A stretch of DNA of 64,000 nucleotides from Prevotella sp. GTDB lineage: Bacteria; Bacteroidota; Bacteroidia; Bacteroidales; Dysgonomonadaceae. The notes under the pieces are model-generated. The model worked only from the letters and a program-made list of their open reading frames with translations, was not told the DNA's origin and did not search any database. The translations under genes and the position numbers were made by a program. Shown here piece after piece: positions 31,741 to 42,740 of this stretch. Numbering within the stretch: the stretch's first letter is position 1; each line of letters starts with the position of its first letter. The stretch covers positions 25,488 to 89,487 of the forward strand of contig JAITVV010000018.1 in NCBI GenBank assembly GCA_031285625.1, written 5' to 3'.

Positions 31741-31977
31741 TGACCTTTAAGTATTCCACTACGATCTATTTCAGATTCGACGAAACAGAAGAAACCGACG
31801 TGTGGAGTTTTTTACCAAATCCTATTTATCTGAATAATAAGTCTGCATGCGCCACTCATATAAAATGGCTTTACTCCTTAAGGCGTTATTCAGCTCTAGT
31901 GTCCGGCGCGAATGAGAATCTTCTGTATGATTTTTATAACAAACAATATGAGTATATTGAGAATATTGGTTTAAAAT

Positions 31978-32007
31978 AAAAGGCTATTCATAAAGAATAG
32001 CCTTTTT
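31978..32007. terminator. bidirectional terminator at end of PUL2
   Basis: AAAAGGCTATTC-ATAAA-GAATAGCCTTTT perfect 12-bp stem with A and T runs. Confidence 0.85.
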
Positions 32008-32021
32008 GTTAAGTGTATTAT

Positions 32022-33458
32022 TTAATTAAATAATTCAGGATAATATTTCTGTATTAAATCCTTATCATTAGTTGTAAGTTCGTCAATAAGTTTTGGCGCA
32101 TCCTGAGGTCGCAATCCTTTTTGGTTCATCACATTTATCAGACTCCAGTCTTTTACAGGCTTTTCAGGTGAAGGATCCGCCGGTTCTACCGCTTTTAGGT
32201 CATAACGGGTAAAATCTATTACGTATGCGGGATCCCCTTTCTTATGCCAATTACGCAGTAAAGCTAATCTAAATTCTTTATTCATGAACCACTTGATCTC
32301 AAGGTTATTATAAGAATCGCCCAAGCCTGAACCACGTTCTACAAACTTGTAATTCCAGTCGTCATTCGATTTGTTTTCCTGTCTCCATATATTACCGAAT
32401 TCGCCAAATGTCAGAAAATGAGTATCAGGCCAGCGCTTTTTTGTTTCTGTTACCCACATTTCCATTGCATCGCAGATAAGTTCTTTCCCGAACTCATGCA
32501 CCATTTGTGCTTCCCATATATTGGTTACCCATCCGAAACCATTCAATTCGAGTCCTTTCTCAAAATGAATTGATTGGGTATGCATCACTTCACGGTGACC
32601 AAGATCGAGTCCCCAACCTTTATATGTTTCTATAGGGCCTACTCCACGCCGGCTGTTATATCCGTCGATACCATGACCGGTTTGTCCACTCTGGCGTGCA
32701 CAAATGAAATCCATAGTCCATCCATCTAAATTCACACAATCGATAAAGTCCTTTTTCCCTTGTGCCGGTTTGCAAAAATGCTCAGTAGAGGGATAGAAAG
32801 GGTAGGACGGAGATCCGTCGGCTCCTCCGCCATCTATATTGTGCTGGCTCCAGATAACGGCATGTGCTACATGTATATCTTCTTTTTCCGCCAGATATTT
32901 TAAGTTATCAGCAGACAAAAAGCCACCTATTATGGATTGCGGGCGATAGTTGTTCCCTACCATTTTAGAAATAATTTGAATGGCTTCCGACATTTCTCGG
33001 TTTACCCGTTCACGAGGCAGGTACATTGCCGGAAAATATCCAGGAAAGTATGATACCTCATCACCATATTTCTTCTGGCATTCTACAATATATTGCCGTA
33101 TTTGCTTATAGTTTTCTCTCTGATCCTCTAGAGCATTCATTGTGAAACCCCAGGTTAACCGGCCGTCAGGGTTGTTTTTGGCAAATGCTTCGCGCAACGA
33201 ACGTACTCCATCAAGTGTGTGCCAATCTCCTTCGTCGCGCGGATGTATCTTAACATCCCGTGACACTTCCCAAGGAGTGGTCCTTATCATTATGCAAAGG
33301 GTGACAAACCTATTCCCGTTTAAAGTTATAGGAGGCTGGCTAATAGGAATAACAGGTTCTTTAGCTTGTAGATAACCAGTACATAGGATTATTATCAGTA
33401 GTGAGAAAAGAATTCTTTTCGTAAAAATATTCTTCTTTTTATATAAAATATATTTCAT
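32022..33458 (-). CDS. DUF3863-like exported protein (putative glycoside hydrolase/deacetylase fold)
   Basis: signal peptide; NRFVTLCIMIRTTPWEVSRDVK.HPRDE and LTWGFT.NAL resemble the Bacteroidales DUF3863 family as recalled; last gene of PUL2. Confidence 0.65.
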   Translation of the reverse strand: MKYILYKKKNIFTKRILFSLLIIILCTGYLQAKEPVIPISQPPITLNGNRFVTLCIMIRTTPWEVSRDVKIHPRDEGDWHTLDGVRSLREAFAKNNPDGRLTWGFTMNALEDQRENYKQIRQYIVECQKKYGDEVSYFPGYFPAMYLPRERVNREMSEAIQIISKMVGNNYRPQSIIGGFLSADNLKYLAEKEDIHVAHAVIWSQHNIDGGGADGSPSYPFYPSTEHFCKPAQGKKDFIDCVNLDGWTMDFICARQSGQTGHGIDGYNSRRGVGPIETYKGWGLDLGHREVMHTQSIHFEKGLELNGFGWVTNIWEAQMVHEFGKELICDAMEMWVTETKKRWPDTHFLTFGEFGNIWRQENKSNDDWNYKFVERGSGLGDSYNNLEIKWFMNKEFRLALLRNWHKKGDPAYVIDFTRYDLKAVEPADPSPEKPVKDWSLINVMNQKGLRPQDAPKLIDELTTNDKDLIQKYYPELFN

Positions 33459-33485
33459 TATATCTAATTTTTGTAAGTATAGCCA

Positions 33486-35312
33486 TTATTTTTCTTTTGT
33501 ATTTTTTATAACAGCTTCATTTATTTGTTTTACTTTATTCAAATCCATTTTTTCTACCCAGCGATCATAGGTTACCAAACCATTTATCTCATGCTCTACA
33601 TCTGTAGTCTGGGTGTAAACAGCAGCACTCAGGCCATAATATTTTACGATCTGTTCCAATTCGTTGAGCATTAGAATATATGTGTCTGTCAGATTTTCTT
33701 TATTAAGCATCATTTCATATGCATCGTTACGTACAGGCCATAAATGATCCCGTACAAACAATCCTTTTCCTCCGAATTCGCCAAGTGAAGCTGCTCGCTT
33801 TTCATCAGGTCGTGGCATCGCTTTAAGTTGAATTTTTCCATAGTGGTGAAGATCTACGAAATCACCATTGCCAGGATCACCATATGCGGGACGATAACCA
33901 GGAGCATTATTATACCCCGAATTTCCATTTACTAAACGTGTAGGATCATACTTCTTCACCCAATCTGTAATATCCGCTACTTCAAAAGCACCCCAATTTT
34001 CATTGAACGGAACCCATTGGATGATAGAAGGGGAACTTATATGCTGATCGATCATTGCTTTTAATTCCTGGCGAAACTGCTTGCGAACAGCAACGGAATC
34101 TACGTCGTCAGGTTCCCACAGATTAGGCATGTCCTGCCATACAAGTAGTCCTAAACGATCGCAATGATAGTACCAGCGTTGTGGTTCTATCTTGATATGT
34201 TTACGTATCATATTAAAGCCGGACCGCTTAGCTAATTCTATATCATACAATAGGGCACTGTCGGTAGGAGCTGTAAAAATACCGTCGGGCCAGTATCCCT
34301 GATCCAAAAGGCCTATCTGGAATACAAATTCTCCATTCAGCAATATACGATTAAATTCTCCAACCTTTTCGATAGTTATCGAACGCATTCCGAAATAAGA
34401 ATCAATTTCGTCTATTACTTTTCCCTGACGATCTTTGAGTTGGAGTTTTAAATCATATAAAAAGGGATTATCCGGACTCCATGTCTTAGGGTTTTTGATT
34501 GGAATATAAAATGCCTTGTTGGTTGTTCCTTGTGTTTTGCCCACTTCGGTGAACCCATCTTTGGCTATTGCTGAAACACTAAGGTCTGATTTGTCTGCAT
34601 AGGCTACTACTTCCAGACGACTGTTCTTTAGGTCGGGAATCAACTTAATTTGAGAAATGTATTGTTTTTCTACCGGTTCAAGCCAGACTGTTTGCCATAT
34701 GCCGGATGTAAAGGTATAATCACCACGGGGGCCATTCTTGCCACAAGCTGTTTTGCCGTCATTCGGATCATATGCACCTACGACAAGAATATTGTTTCCT
34801 GCTTTTATAAAATCTGAAATGTCAAGGGTAAAAGCATCATAACCTCCTGTATGCGAACCCACCTTTTTCCCATTTATAAAGACTGTTGCAATATGGTCTA
34901 CGGCTCCAAAATGCAACAAAATATTTTTACCATTCCACTCTTTAGGAATTGTGAAATTGCGACGATACCAAAGATTTGTTTCACCTTTTCGTTTCACTCC
35001 TGATAGCTCTGCTTCTGGTGGGAATGGTACGCGTATTTTCTCCGGCGTGGCTGGAAATACAGGGGAAACTGTCACCGTAAGAGGATTTGTGAAATCTTTA
35101 CCTCCCATATAATCCCACATGCCATTCAAATTCAACCATTTCGATCGGACCATTTGGGGACGAGGATATTCCTGTAGAGGTGTCTCTGCCTGTAAGGCTC
35201 TTTCTGTCCAAGGAGTTGGTAATGTAAAAGAACTAGTATTCTGTGATTTTATTCCAGAAAACCCGGTTAATAATAAGCAGATTAAGAGAAGGCTGCTTTT
35301 CACTTTTATCAT
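33486..35312 (-). CDS. GH2 glycoside hydrolase (short, ~600 aa subtype)
   Basis: [54 protein letters not shown] (acid/base), GEFGG (nucleophile). Confidence 0.9.
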   Translation of the reverse strand: MIKVKSSLLLICLLLTGFSGIKSQNTSSFTLPTPWTERALQAETPLQEYPRPQMVRSKWLNLNGMWDYMGGKDFTNPLTVTVSPVFPATPEKIRVPFPPEAELSGVKRKGETNLWYRRNFTIPKEWNGKNILLHFGAVDHIATVFINGKKVGSHTGGYDAFTLDISDFIKAGNNILVVGAYDPNDGKTACGKNGPRGDYTFTSGIWQTVWLEPVEKQYISQIKLIPDLKNSRLEVVAYADKSDLSVSAIAKDGFTEVGKTQGTTNKAFYIPIKNPKTWSPDNPFLYDLKLQLKDRQGKVIDEIDSYFGMRSITIEKVGEFNRILLNGEFVFQIGLLDQGYWPDGIFTAPTDSALLYDIELAKRSGFNMIRKHIKIEPQRWYYHCDRLGLLVWQDMPNLWEPDDVDSVAVRKQFRQELKAMIDQHISSPSIIQWVPFNENWGAFEVADITDWVKKYDPTRLVNGNSGYNNAPGYRPAYGDPGNGDFVDLHHYGKIQLKAMPRPDEKRAASLGEFGGKGLFVRDHLWPVRNDAYEMMLNKENLTDTYILMLNELEQIVKYYGLSAAVYTQTTDVEHEINGLVTYDRWVEKMDLNKVKQINEAVIKNTKEK

Positions 35313-35439
35313 TTCTAATTTAGTTATTGATTATACACTCTCAGTTCTTCAGGCAATACTTCTCCTTTATTCTATTTTGGAATAAAGGAGAAGTAAACTT
35401 ACCAAAAGAATATTTTAATTACAATTCTTCTATTCAGAT

Positions 35440-37131
35440 TTAATCCCAACCAGGATTATTTGGTGCGAGATTTTTATTAAGCTGGAGTTCATCCAATGGA
35501 AGAGAAAAATAATAATTTTTAGGGGTCACAAAGTTACGATTTGCTACAGGTTCTACTATTAAGAAACCTTCGCTATCTACTAAGCCCGGATTTCCACTAT
35601 TTAAGACTTCCAGATCTTCGTATTCTGTCCCTTTGTATTTTATACCTCTGATGGCTTGCTTCAATTCTGTTTCAGCTGTTTTCCAACGTCTCAGATCGTC
35701 GCGCCTGAAACCCTCAAACGCAAGTTCGACTGTTCGCTCGCGACGTATTTCAGTTAACATATTTAAGCCGTTATCTGTTATGAATTTATTAGTCAGGCCA
35801 GGCATTTCAACTCCTTTGCGAGAACGGATCACATTGATTGTATTTCTTAAAACTTCATCACTGATAGAACCATTTTTCTCGTATGTTGCTTCTGCCAAAA
35901 TGAGTAACACTTCGGGATAGCGGATAATATGATAATCATAAGTCGCTTCGTTTGTGTTTCCTTTAACTTCTCCCATAAATTTCCATAGTTTATACCCTGT
36001 ACGTGTTTCAGGCCGGGTTGTAAATTTAGGTGAACATATCAGGTCTCCTTCCTGAGCACTAATATACGCAGTTCCAGGCATTAATAACGTTTGGCTCATA
36101 CGGGGGTCACGGTTCTTGAATTCATCCTCTATCTTCTCATAGCCAGAAAATCCTGCTCCGGGAACGTCGATTGGTAACCCTGTGCTTTTACACAGATACA
36201 TATCTGCCATTTTTTTAGTTGGAGTACCTCTCCAACCCCAATATGTTGAATGTGCGGTGGAATGCATTGCAACATCTTTGGCATAGCGACGAGAAAAAAT
36301 ACCTTCTGGTGAATCATCCCCTTTTTCTATAAATAACTGACGATAACTCTGATCGCCTTCCTTTTCGAATAGCCGATATTCGTTACTGGCTATTACTTTT
36401 TCGGCTGCAGTTATTGCCTGATCTAGTAATTCCACATAATCGGTACGATGTTTATGGTTCTTAGCCCAAGTACCCGAAAATAGAGCAACTCTTGCTTTTA
36501 GAGCCAATGCAGCACCCCTTGTTACACGTCCTAGTTCGTCTGTTGTAAGTTCGCTCTGTAATGGAAGTTTATTATATATTGCCTCCAATTCTGAAAGAAT
36601 AAAATCTTCTATATCTTTCTGTGGTGTTCTGGCGCTATATAGTTCTGGAGAATCGAACGTCAACGGGATTGTTATCAATGGAACCTCGGTGTATCTTTTC
36701 ATCAAGCGCCAGTAATAATATGCTCTGAAAAAACGTGCTTCCATTACATAACGTTCAATTTCGGTAACATCACCTTTATAAGTTTCACTTTTTTGAACAA
36801 TCAGGTTGCTGCTACGAATTTGTTCATAGCATATATTCCATTCGTCCTCACTATTGGGAGCGATTTGTGTCCCATTACTTATTGTGTTTTCCGATAATTC
36901 GTAAGCAATATCACTATCTACGTCTCTTGCCTTGTTGTCTTTTGCATAAATAACGAGAAAAGTTTCGAGATCGTTATACAATTGATTAGCAGCCTTTACG
37001 TAAGCAGCCGAATTATCCCAATACCATTCGTCAGGTAATTCGGATTTGGGAGATAAATCGATATCTTCACAACTCTGCGTAGTTATAAGGGCAACTACTG
37101 CAGCAGAAATTATTAATATATATTTTTTCAT
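35440..37131 (-). CDS. SusD/RagB family lipoprotein (PUL2)
   Basis: lipobox TQSC-EDID, EARFFRAYYY, IIRYPEVLL..AEA, ERTVELAFEGFRRDDLRRWK, NNPGW. Confidence 0.95.
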   Translation of the reverse strand: MKKYILIISAAVVALITTQSCEDIDLSPKSELPDEWYWDNSAAYVKAANQLYNDLETFLVIYAKDNKARDVDSDIAYELSENTISNGTQIAPNSEDEWNICYEQIRSSNLIVQKSETYKGDVTEIERYVMEARFFRAYYYWRLMKRYTEVPLITIPLTFDSPELYSARTPQKDIEDFILSELEAIYNKLPLQSELTTDELGRVTRGAALALKARVALFSGTWAKNHKHRTDYVELLDQAITAAEKVIASNEYRLFEKEGDQSYRQLFIEKGDDSPEGIFSRRYAKDVAMHSTAHSTYWGWRGTPTKKMADMYLCKSTGLPIDVPGAGFSGYEKIEDEFKNRDPRMSQTLLMPGTAYISAQEGDLICSPKFTTRPETRTGYKLWKFMGEVKGNTNEATYDYHIIRYPEVLLILAEATYEKNGSISDEVLRNTINVIRSRKGVEMPGLTNKFITDNGLNMLTEIRRERTVELAFEGFRRDDLRRWKTAETELKQAIRGIKYKGTEYEDLEVLNSGNPGLVDSEGFLIVEPVANRNFVTPKNYYFSLPLDELQLNKNLAPNNPGWD

Positions 37132-37152
37132 AATTTTGTACTTTAAATAGAA

Positions 37153-40100
37153 TTAGAAAACAATACTTGCACCAAAAGAAAAATTACGGGCAAACGGATA
37201 AGATATGATAGATGGTTGTTCAATTCCGTCTCCTCTTATTCCTATATCTTCAGGGTCCCAGCCTTTAGGTGCATTATGTATCTCAAATAGGTCTTCAGCA
37301 CTGAAATATACTCTTATCTTCTCCAATTTAATTTTCTCAGTATATCTTTTTGGTATTGTATAACCAACCTGTAGATTTTTCATGCGTATATAAGCTACAT
37401 TATGTTTTGTGTTGGTTGAGTATTGATAGTTGTAATTTCGCTTATCCTTACTTGTTATGGCTGGATACTTGGCATCCGTTCTTTCTGCTGTCCATGTTTT
37501 ACCATACCAGTATTCGGAAGACTGATACCATGGCTGAGGGAAAGGCATTCTGGCTTCACCTTCCAGGAACATAGTACGGCGGCCTACTCCCTGAAAGAAA
37601 GCTCCCAGGTCGATTCCTTTATATTCGATATTCAGATTCAAACCGAATGTATAGCGTGGATTCAAGTCTCCTAAATATTTAACGTCTCCACTACCAGCTT
37701 CACCGTTACCTAGTGTTGTCAACTTTCCGTCTCCATCAAGGTCCTTATATTTAGCATCTCCTACAGCTAAGTCTCCCGGAATACCTCCGTTTTTGAAATG
37801 TGCTTTGTATTCTTGCAGTTCCTGTTCTGTTTGGATGATTCCATCAAACTCATACCCAAAATATGAATTTAGAGGATAACCTTTGGGTGAGTCATTTAAA
37901 CCTAATTGAATCAATTGATCCCCTGCTCTTTCTACCATTTCGTTTTTAGCATCACTTAAGCTACCTCTTACCGAGTAACTGACATTTCCAATGCGGTCTC
38001 TCCAACCTATTGCTACTTCCCAACCATTGATTTTTAAATGGCCGTCATTGGTTGTAGGAGGATCGATCCCAAGCATTTTAGGATAAGATTTCAGGATGAG
38101 CATATTCTTATTTTCTTTCCAGAAATAATCGAAAGATCCATATAGTCTGTTATTCAATATGCTGAAATCCAATCCGATATCTGTTGTGTGGATAGTTTCC
38201 CATGTGCGTTCGGTAGAAACCAGATTCTTTGCTTTGTACATTTGACCTTTCAGTCCGTTTCCGAATGGGTAATAAACGTCTTTTCCTCCCGATCTGTTGA
38301 TCGCCATAAATGCTATGTAGTCGTAATAAGCATTTCCAAGCTGGTTACCCATTTCTCCATATGAAGCCCTTAATTTTAGATCATCAAAAATGTTCAGATT
38401 CTTCATAAGTTGTTCTTCGCCTAAGCGCCAGGCAACACTTACTCCCGGGAACCAGCCCCAGCGATGTCCTTTAGCATATCGAGAGCTACCATCGGCACGT
38501 AGCGTACCTTCGATAAGGTATTTGTTGGCAAATGCATAATTCACTCTGGAAAAGAAAGAATTGATTGTCCATGCATAACCCGTTCCGTTAGCTTCCTGAT
38601 TGTCGGTACTTCCCAGATTGATAGACATCAAATCCTGTTGATCAAAATTTATTCGCTTAGCCGAAAAGAAGTCATAATTGGCCGATTCGTGAGCACCACC
38701 GGCCATCAAACCGATTTCGTGTTTGTCTGCAAACGTCTTCTTGTATTCTCCATATAGGGTGAAGTTTTTAGAAGTTGTTTTAGCATAATTACGTTCAACA
38801 CTATTAGGTGTTCTTTTTATTCTGTGATTTACATCTTCCCAGTTATAAATCGGAGTATATTTATTGATAATATTTTTATCAGCATCACTCTTACGAACTA
38901 TGGCACGTCCTATGATGTTTAATCCATCTATTACTTGCCAGATTAGTGAGTTATTGAATGTAAAACTTCCGGTTGTATGAGTAGATTCACCACCTTCTTC
39001 CATTACCTGTGCCGGATTGTCAAATCCTTCGAATGCATAAAATCTTCCGGCAGGATTATACATAGGTGTCCAGCTGCGTGTCTTGTATATTATTTCCCAT
39101 ATATTTTGTCCTTCGCTGATGGCTGAAGAGTATTTTCTGTCACTAGCTTCATATGACAGGTTAATATCATAACTTAAATTGCTAAGTATTTGTATATTGG
39201 ATTTTGCACGTACAAAATATCGTTTGTCATTATCAACGCCATATTTTAGCAAGCCATCTTCTGATTGATAACCAAGAGATATCAGGTATGAGTACTTTTC
39301 ACCTCCTCCAGAAAAACTGACATTATAGTTCTGTATAGCTCCGTTCCCAATCATCATATCACTCCAGTCTTGATTTTTGTAGAATTTAGGATATCCTGAC
39401 CAACGCCCCCAATCAGAGGAAGGAATTACCTTGTCGCTGCCTTGGGCGATAAGAGGTAATTCGTCTCTGGTATATTCTACAGGGAAAGAACCATCAGTGA
39501 TTTCCAATGCCATTTCTGCATGTTGGTACAGACTGGCAGGTTTTTTGATTAATGCAGGTTTTTTGATAGAGTAGTATGCATCAAGTGTAACCCTAAGTTT
39601 TTGATTTTTACGGCCACTCTTTGTTGTAACCAGAATTACGCCATCGGCAGCACGTGCTCCATAGATAGCTGCTGTACCATCCTTTAAGACAGAGATGCTT
39701 TCTATATCAGCAGAATTAATCATGTTTATATCTCCTTCTGCTCCGTCAATTAATACTAATGGTATCCCTCCGTTCAGGGAAGAAACATCGCGTACCCTGA
39801 TCGTGGCACTGCTACCTGGTGCACCTCCATTACGGATAATAGTAAGGCCTGGAACTTCACCCTGTAATGCATTGGCTGTATTAAGAACAGGACGTGATTG
39901 GAATACTTTGGAGTCAGCAGTAGATACAGCTCCGGCAAGATTAGCCCTTTTTACTGTACTATAACCAATAACAACAACTTCGTCCATTTCGCGTATTTCT
40001 TCTTTCAAGACTATATTTATTGTTTTTAGGGAGCCAACTACAGCTTCTTCTTTCGAAAATCCAATGAAAGAGAAAACGAGTACAGTCTCTTTATTCGGAA

Positions 40101-40644
40101 CATTTATTGAATATGCTCCATCCATGTCTGTCATAGTCCCGATAGTTGTCCCTTTTATAATGACACTAACCCCTGACAAGGTTTCACCCGTCTCATCCTT
40201 TACCACACCAGATACTATGTTTTGTTGTTGGCTTATACTCAGGTTGTTGGTTGTTTCAGGTTTTTCTTTTTGAGTAAGGATAATATCTTTATCGAGTACT
40301 TTATATTCGACTCCGTGCCCGGTAAATATTTCATCTAATATAGAAAAAACTGTTCTTTTGGTAACTTTCACCGAAACAGTCCTGTCTACATCTACAAGTT
40401 TACTGTTATAGTAGAAGCGAAATTCCGATTGTTTTTCAATCTCATCCAGTACTTCAACCACTTTTTTGTTGTTGAAGGCAAGTGATAGTGTAGTTTCCTG
40501 TGCATAAGAATGGGCTGCAAAGCCAATATTGATGGACAGGATTAACATGAGTGATAGTAATTTCATAGTAAGAGGTATTTTATCCAGCTTAAGGAAATGG
40601 TAATAATAGCTCCAAGTGTGTTGGAGATGATGGATTTTTCTCAT
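37153..40644 (-). CDS. SusC/RagA TonB-dependent transporter with STN domain (PUL2)
   Basis: STN domain, MDEVVVIGY, LKDGTAAIYGARAADGVILVTTK, C-terminal YPFARNFSFGASIVF. Confidence 0.96.
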   Translation of the reverse strand: MRKIHHLQHTWSYYYHFLKLDKIPLTMKLLSLMLILSINIGFAAHSYAQETTLSLAFNNKKVVEVLDEIEKQSEFRFYYNSKLVDVDRTVSVKVTKRTVFSILDEIFTGHGVEYKVLDKDIILTQKEKPETTNNLSISQQQNIVSGVVKDETGETLSGVSVIIKGTTIGTMTDMDGAYSINVPNKETVLVFSFIGFSKEEAVVGSLKTINIVLKEEIREMDEVVVIGYSTVKRANLAGAVSTADSKVFQSRPVLNTANALQGEVPGLTIIRNGGAPGSSATIRVRDVSSLNGGIPLVLIDGAEGDINMINSADIESISVLKDGTAAIYGARAADGVILVTTKSGRKNQKLRVTLDAYYSIKKPALIKKPASLYQHAEMALEITDGSFPVEYTRDELPLIAQGSDKVIPSSDWGRWSGYPKFYKNQDWSDMMIGNGAIQNYNVSFSGGGEKYSYLISLGYQSEDGLLKYGVDNDKRYFVRAKSNIQILSNLSYDINLSYEASDRKYSSAISEGQNIWEIIYKTRSWTPMYNPAGRFYAFEGFDNPAQVMEEGGESTHTTGSFTFNNSLIWQVIDGLNIIGRAIVRKSDADKNIINKYTPIYNWEDVNHRIKRTPNSVERNYAKTTSKNFTLYGEYKKTFADKHEIGLMAGGAHESANYDFFSAKRINFDQQDLMSINLGSTDNQEANGTGYAWTINSFFSRVNYAFANKYLIEGTLRADGSSRYAKGHRWGWFPGVSVAWRLGEEQLMKNLNIFDDLKLRASYGEMGNQLGNAYYDYIAFMAINRSGGKDVYYPFGNGLKGQMYKAKNLVSTERTWETIHTTDIGLDFSILNNRLYGSFDYFWKENKNMLILKSYPKMLGIDPPTTNDGHLKINGWEVAIGWRDRIGNVSYSVRGSLSDAKNEMVERAGDQLIQLGLNDSPKGYPLNSYFGYEFDGIIQTEQELQEYKAHFKNGGIPGDLAVGDAKYKDLDGDGKLTTLGNGEAGSGDVKYLGDLNPRYTFGLNLNIEYKGIDLGAFFQGVGRRTMFLEGEARMPFPQPWYQSSEYWYGKTWTAERTDAKYPAITSKDKRNYNYQYSTNTKHNVAYIRMKNLQVGYTIPKRYTEKIKLEKIRVYFSAEDLFEIHNAPKGWDPEDIGIRGDGIEQPSIISYPFARNFSFGASIVF

Positions 40645-40733
40645 ATTTTTGTTATGTATTAAATTAAAAAAATAAGTTGTTTTTCAATTTGTTTTGCACG
40701 GAAGTATGCTGGTAACATATTTCCGTGTTTTTT
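40644..40733 (+). ncRNA. candidate cis-antisense sRNA (DonS-like) opposite susC2 leader
   Basis: TATTTTTG -7 element at 40644-40651 overlapping the susC ATG; hairpin GCACGGAAGTATG-loop-CATATTTCCGTGT (40696-40728) + T run. Confidence 0.55.
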
Positions 40734-40831
40734 ATTAGACCTTCAATGGTTATTCTTCATAGGCTACTCATATTTTTTAAGGTTAGTAAATGTGGTTCGG
40801 TAAAAAAAGCATTAGATTTCCATTTGTATAA

Positions 40832-41842
40832 TCATCGCCTTAATTCGACGACAGATTTTGTTCCGTTTTCCTCTTTTTTATAAGTTATTCTATAGTCAAT
40901 CTTTGAAGATATCTTCATGTAATCAAGAACCTGATACAGAGGTTTATCCTCAAATGTTCCTGTAAAAGTATATCCATAAATAATATTGTTCTTTACGTCA
41001 AATTCTACATTGTAGAAACGTGATAAATGAGCTAATACTTCCCTCATCGGTGTTTGTTTGAAAACTAGCCTATCATACATCCAGTCTGTCTCACGATCCG
41101 TATTAGCAGCTGTTATTTGTAGTTGATCTGTATTTAGAGAATAAACCGCTTTTTCGGATGGTTTTAAAATTGTTTTTGCATCTTTTCCTGCAATATCTAT
41201 CTCAACGCTGCCTTTTATAAGTGTTGTTCCAATTATTTTATCTTCTTTATAAGCCTGTAGATTGAATTCGGTGCCTAATACTTTTATTTTGTATTTATCA
41301 TTAGAAACATTGACTATAAAAGGGCGATCAGCATTAGGTGCCACTTTAAAGTATGCTTCTCCTTCTAGCAAGGATACTTTTCTTTCTTTATCCTGATAGT
41401 AGGAAGGATATGTGAGAATACTTCTCGAGTTCAGGTGAACTTCTGTTCCGTCGGGAAGTGTAAACTGCGAACGGGAATTGTCATTAGAATATACGGTTAT
41501 TAATGTCGGAGCATACTTTTCTGTTAAATTCAGATATTGAATAAGAAGAGAGCCTATTCCAAGTAGACCTATAAACAATGAGGCAGCAACAGCTATTCGT
41601 TGTAAGAATAATTTCCTTCTTTTTCTCTTTATTTTGTATTGTATTCTACTATATGCTGTATCGGTATTTCGTTGTTTTATTCGCGCTTGTGTTTTTTGTG
41701 CGTGGTATATTAATGCCAATTGGGTGAGGATTTTTTCATTATCAGAATTTTCTTTCATCCAACTGTCTATCTGGAATCTTTCGTTTTCGGTTGTTTCTCC
41801 GGTTATATATTTTAAAAGTAATGACTCATCAGGAGTATTCAT
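40832..41842 (-). CDS. FecR family anti-sigma factor (PUL2)
   Basis: LLKYITGET, TM, LPDGTEVHLN, EGEAYF, VLGTEFN. Confidence 0.93.
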   Translation of the reverse strand: MNTPDESLLLKYITGETTENERFQIDSWMKENSDNEKILTQLALIYHAQKTQARIKQRNTDTAYSRIQYKIKRKRRKLFLQRIAVAASLFIGLLGIGSLLIQYLNLTEKYAPTLITVYSNDNSRSQFTLPDGTEVHLNSRSILTYPSYYQDKERKVSLLEGEAYFKVAPNADRPFIVNVSNDKYKIKVLGTEFNLQAYKEDKIIGTTLIKGSVEIDIAGKDAKTILKPSEKAVYSLNTDQLQITAANTDRETDWMYDRLVFKQTPMREVLAHLSRFYNVEFDVKNNIIYGYTFTGTFEDKPLYQVLDYMKISSKIDYRITYKKEENGTKSVVELRR

Positions 41843-41869
41843 ATTCTTCTCTTCCTTTGTTTCTAATAC

Positions 41870-41895
41870 GACACATGACTAATAGAGTTACCCTA
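41870..41895 (-). promoter_or_regulatory. putative ECF-sigma promoter for fecR2-susC2 operon
   Basis: TAGGG-TAACTCTATTAGTCATG(17)-TGTC. Confidence 0.6.
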
Positions 41896-42016
41896 AACAC
41901 TAGATAGATTATTTTTACCTTACAGCTATTTTTTAACAATATTGTTCTCAAAGAGAGTCTATCCATGTAGATATTATTAATATAAAAAAAACATATCTTT
42001 GTTTCGAACTAATATT

Positions 42017-42568
42017 ATGGACGACTTTTTACTACTACAAGGGATACAAGCGGGCGATTCTGAAGCTTACAAGGAGATGTTTTATAAATTTTATTCTCCT
42101 CTATGTGAGTTTGCTTCGCAATATCTATCTGATTCTGATGCAGAAGAATTGGTTCAGGATTTGATGTTGTATATATGGGAGTCGAGGACAGAACTAATGA
42201 TTGAGAGTTCTCTTAAATCTTATTTATTTGTTGCTGTAAAAAACAGATCTTTTAATGCCATACGAAATCAGCAATATAAGAAGAAAGTGCATTCTGTTTT
42301 GTATGAGAAACTCAAAGAGCAATTTGAAGATCCGGATTATTACATGATAGATGAATTAGCTACACGGATACAAAATGCTATCAGGGAATTGCCAGATAGC
42401 TATAGGGAAACTTTTGAGTTAAGCCGTTTTGGAGATATGACTAATGCACAGATTGCAGTGACCTTATCTGTATCCATAAAGACTGTGGAATATCGGATAA
42501 GCCAATCTCTAAAAATTCTTCGTTTCAAATTGAAAGATTACATAGCTTTGCTACCACTTTTGGCTTAG
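42017..42568 (+). CDS. ECF sigma-70 factor (divergent, likely PUL2)
   Basis: AEELVQD..LYIWE, SLKSYLF.AVKN, FELSRF...IA..L.VSIKTVEY; TATCTTTG promoter at 41994-42001 covers the TTG of the ORF track, so ATG 42017 is preferred. Confidence 0.93.
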   Translation: MDDFLLLQGIQAGDSEAYKEMFYKFYSPLCEFASQYLSDSDAEELVQDLMLYIWESRTELMIESSLKSYLFVAVKNRSFNAIRNQQYKKKVHSVLYEKLKEQFEDPDYYMIDELATRIQNAIRELPDSYRETFELSRFGDMTNAQIAVTLSVSIKTVEYRISQSLKILRFKLKDYIALLPLLA

Positions 42569-42740
42569 AGCTGATTCGTATTCTTACCTAGCTAAGGTAA
42601 GAAATAATACAAGTTATTAGCAAATTATAATCCAACAATTATGAACTACAAACATATAATAAAATAATTTGCTCATTTTCTCTTATTACATATATTTTTG
42701 AATATTTTTGTTTCAAATAAGTCTTACCTAATTTTAGGTT

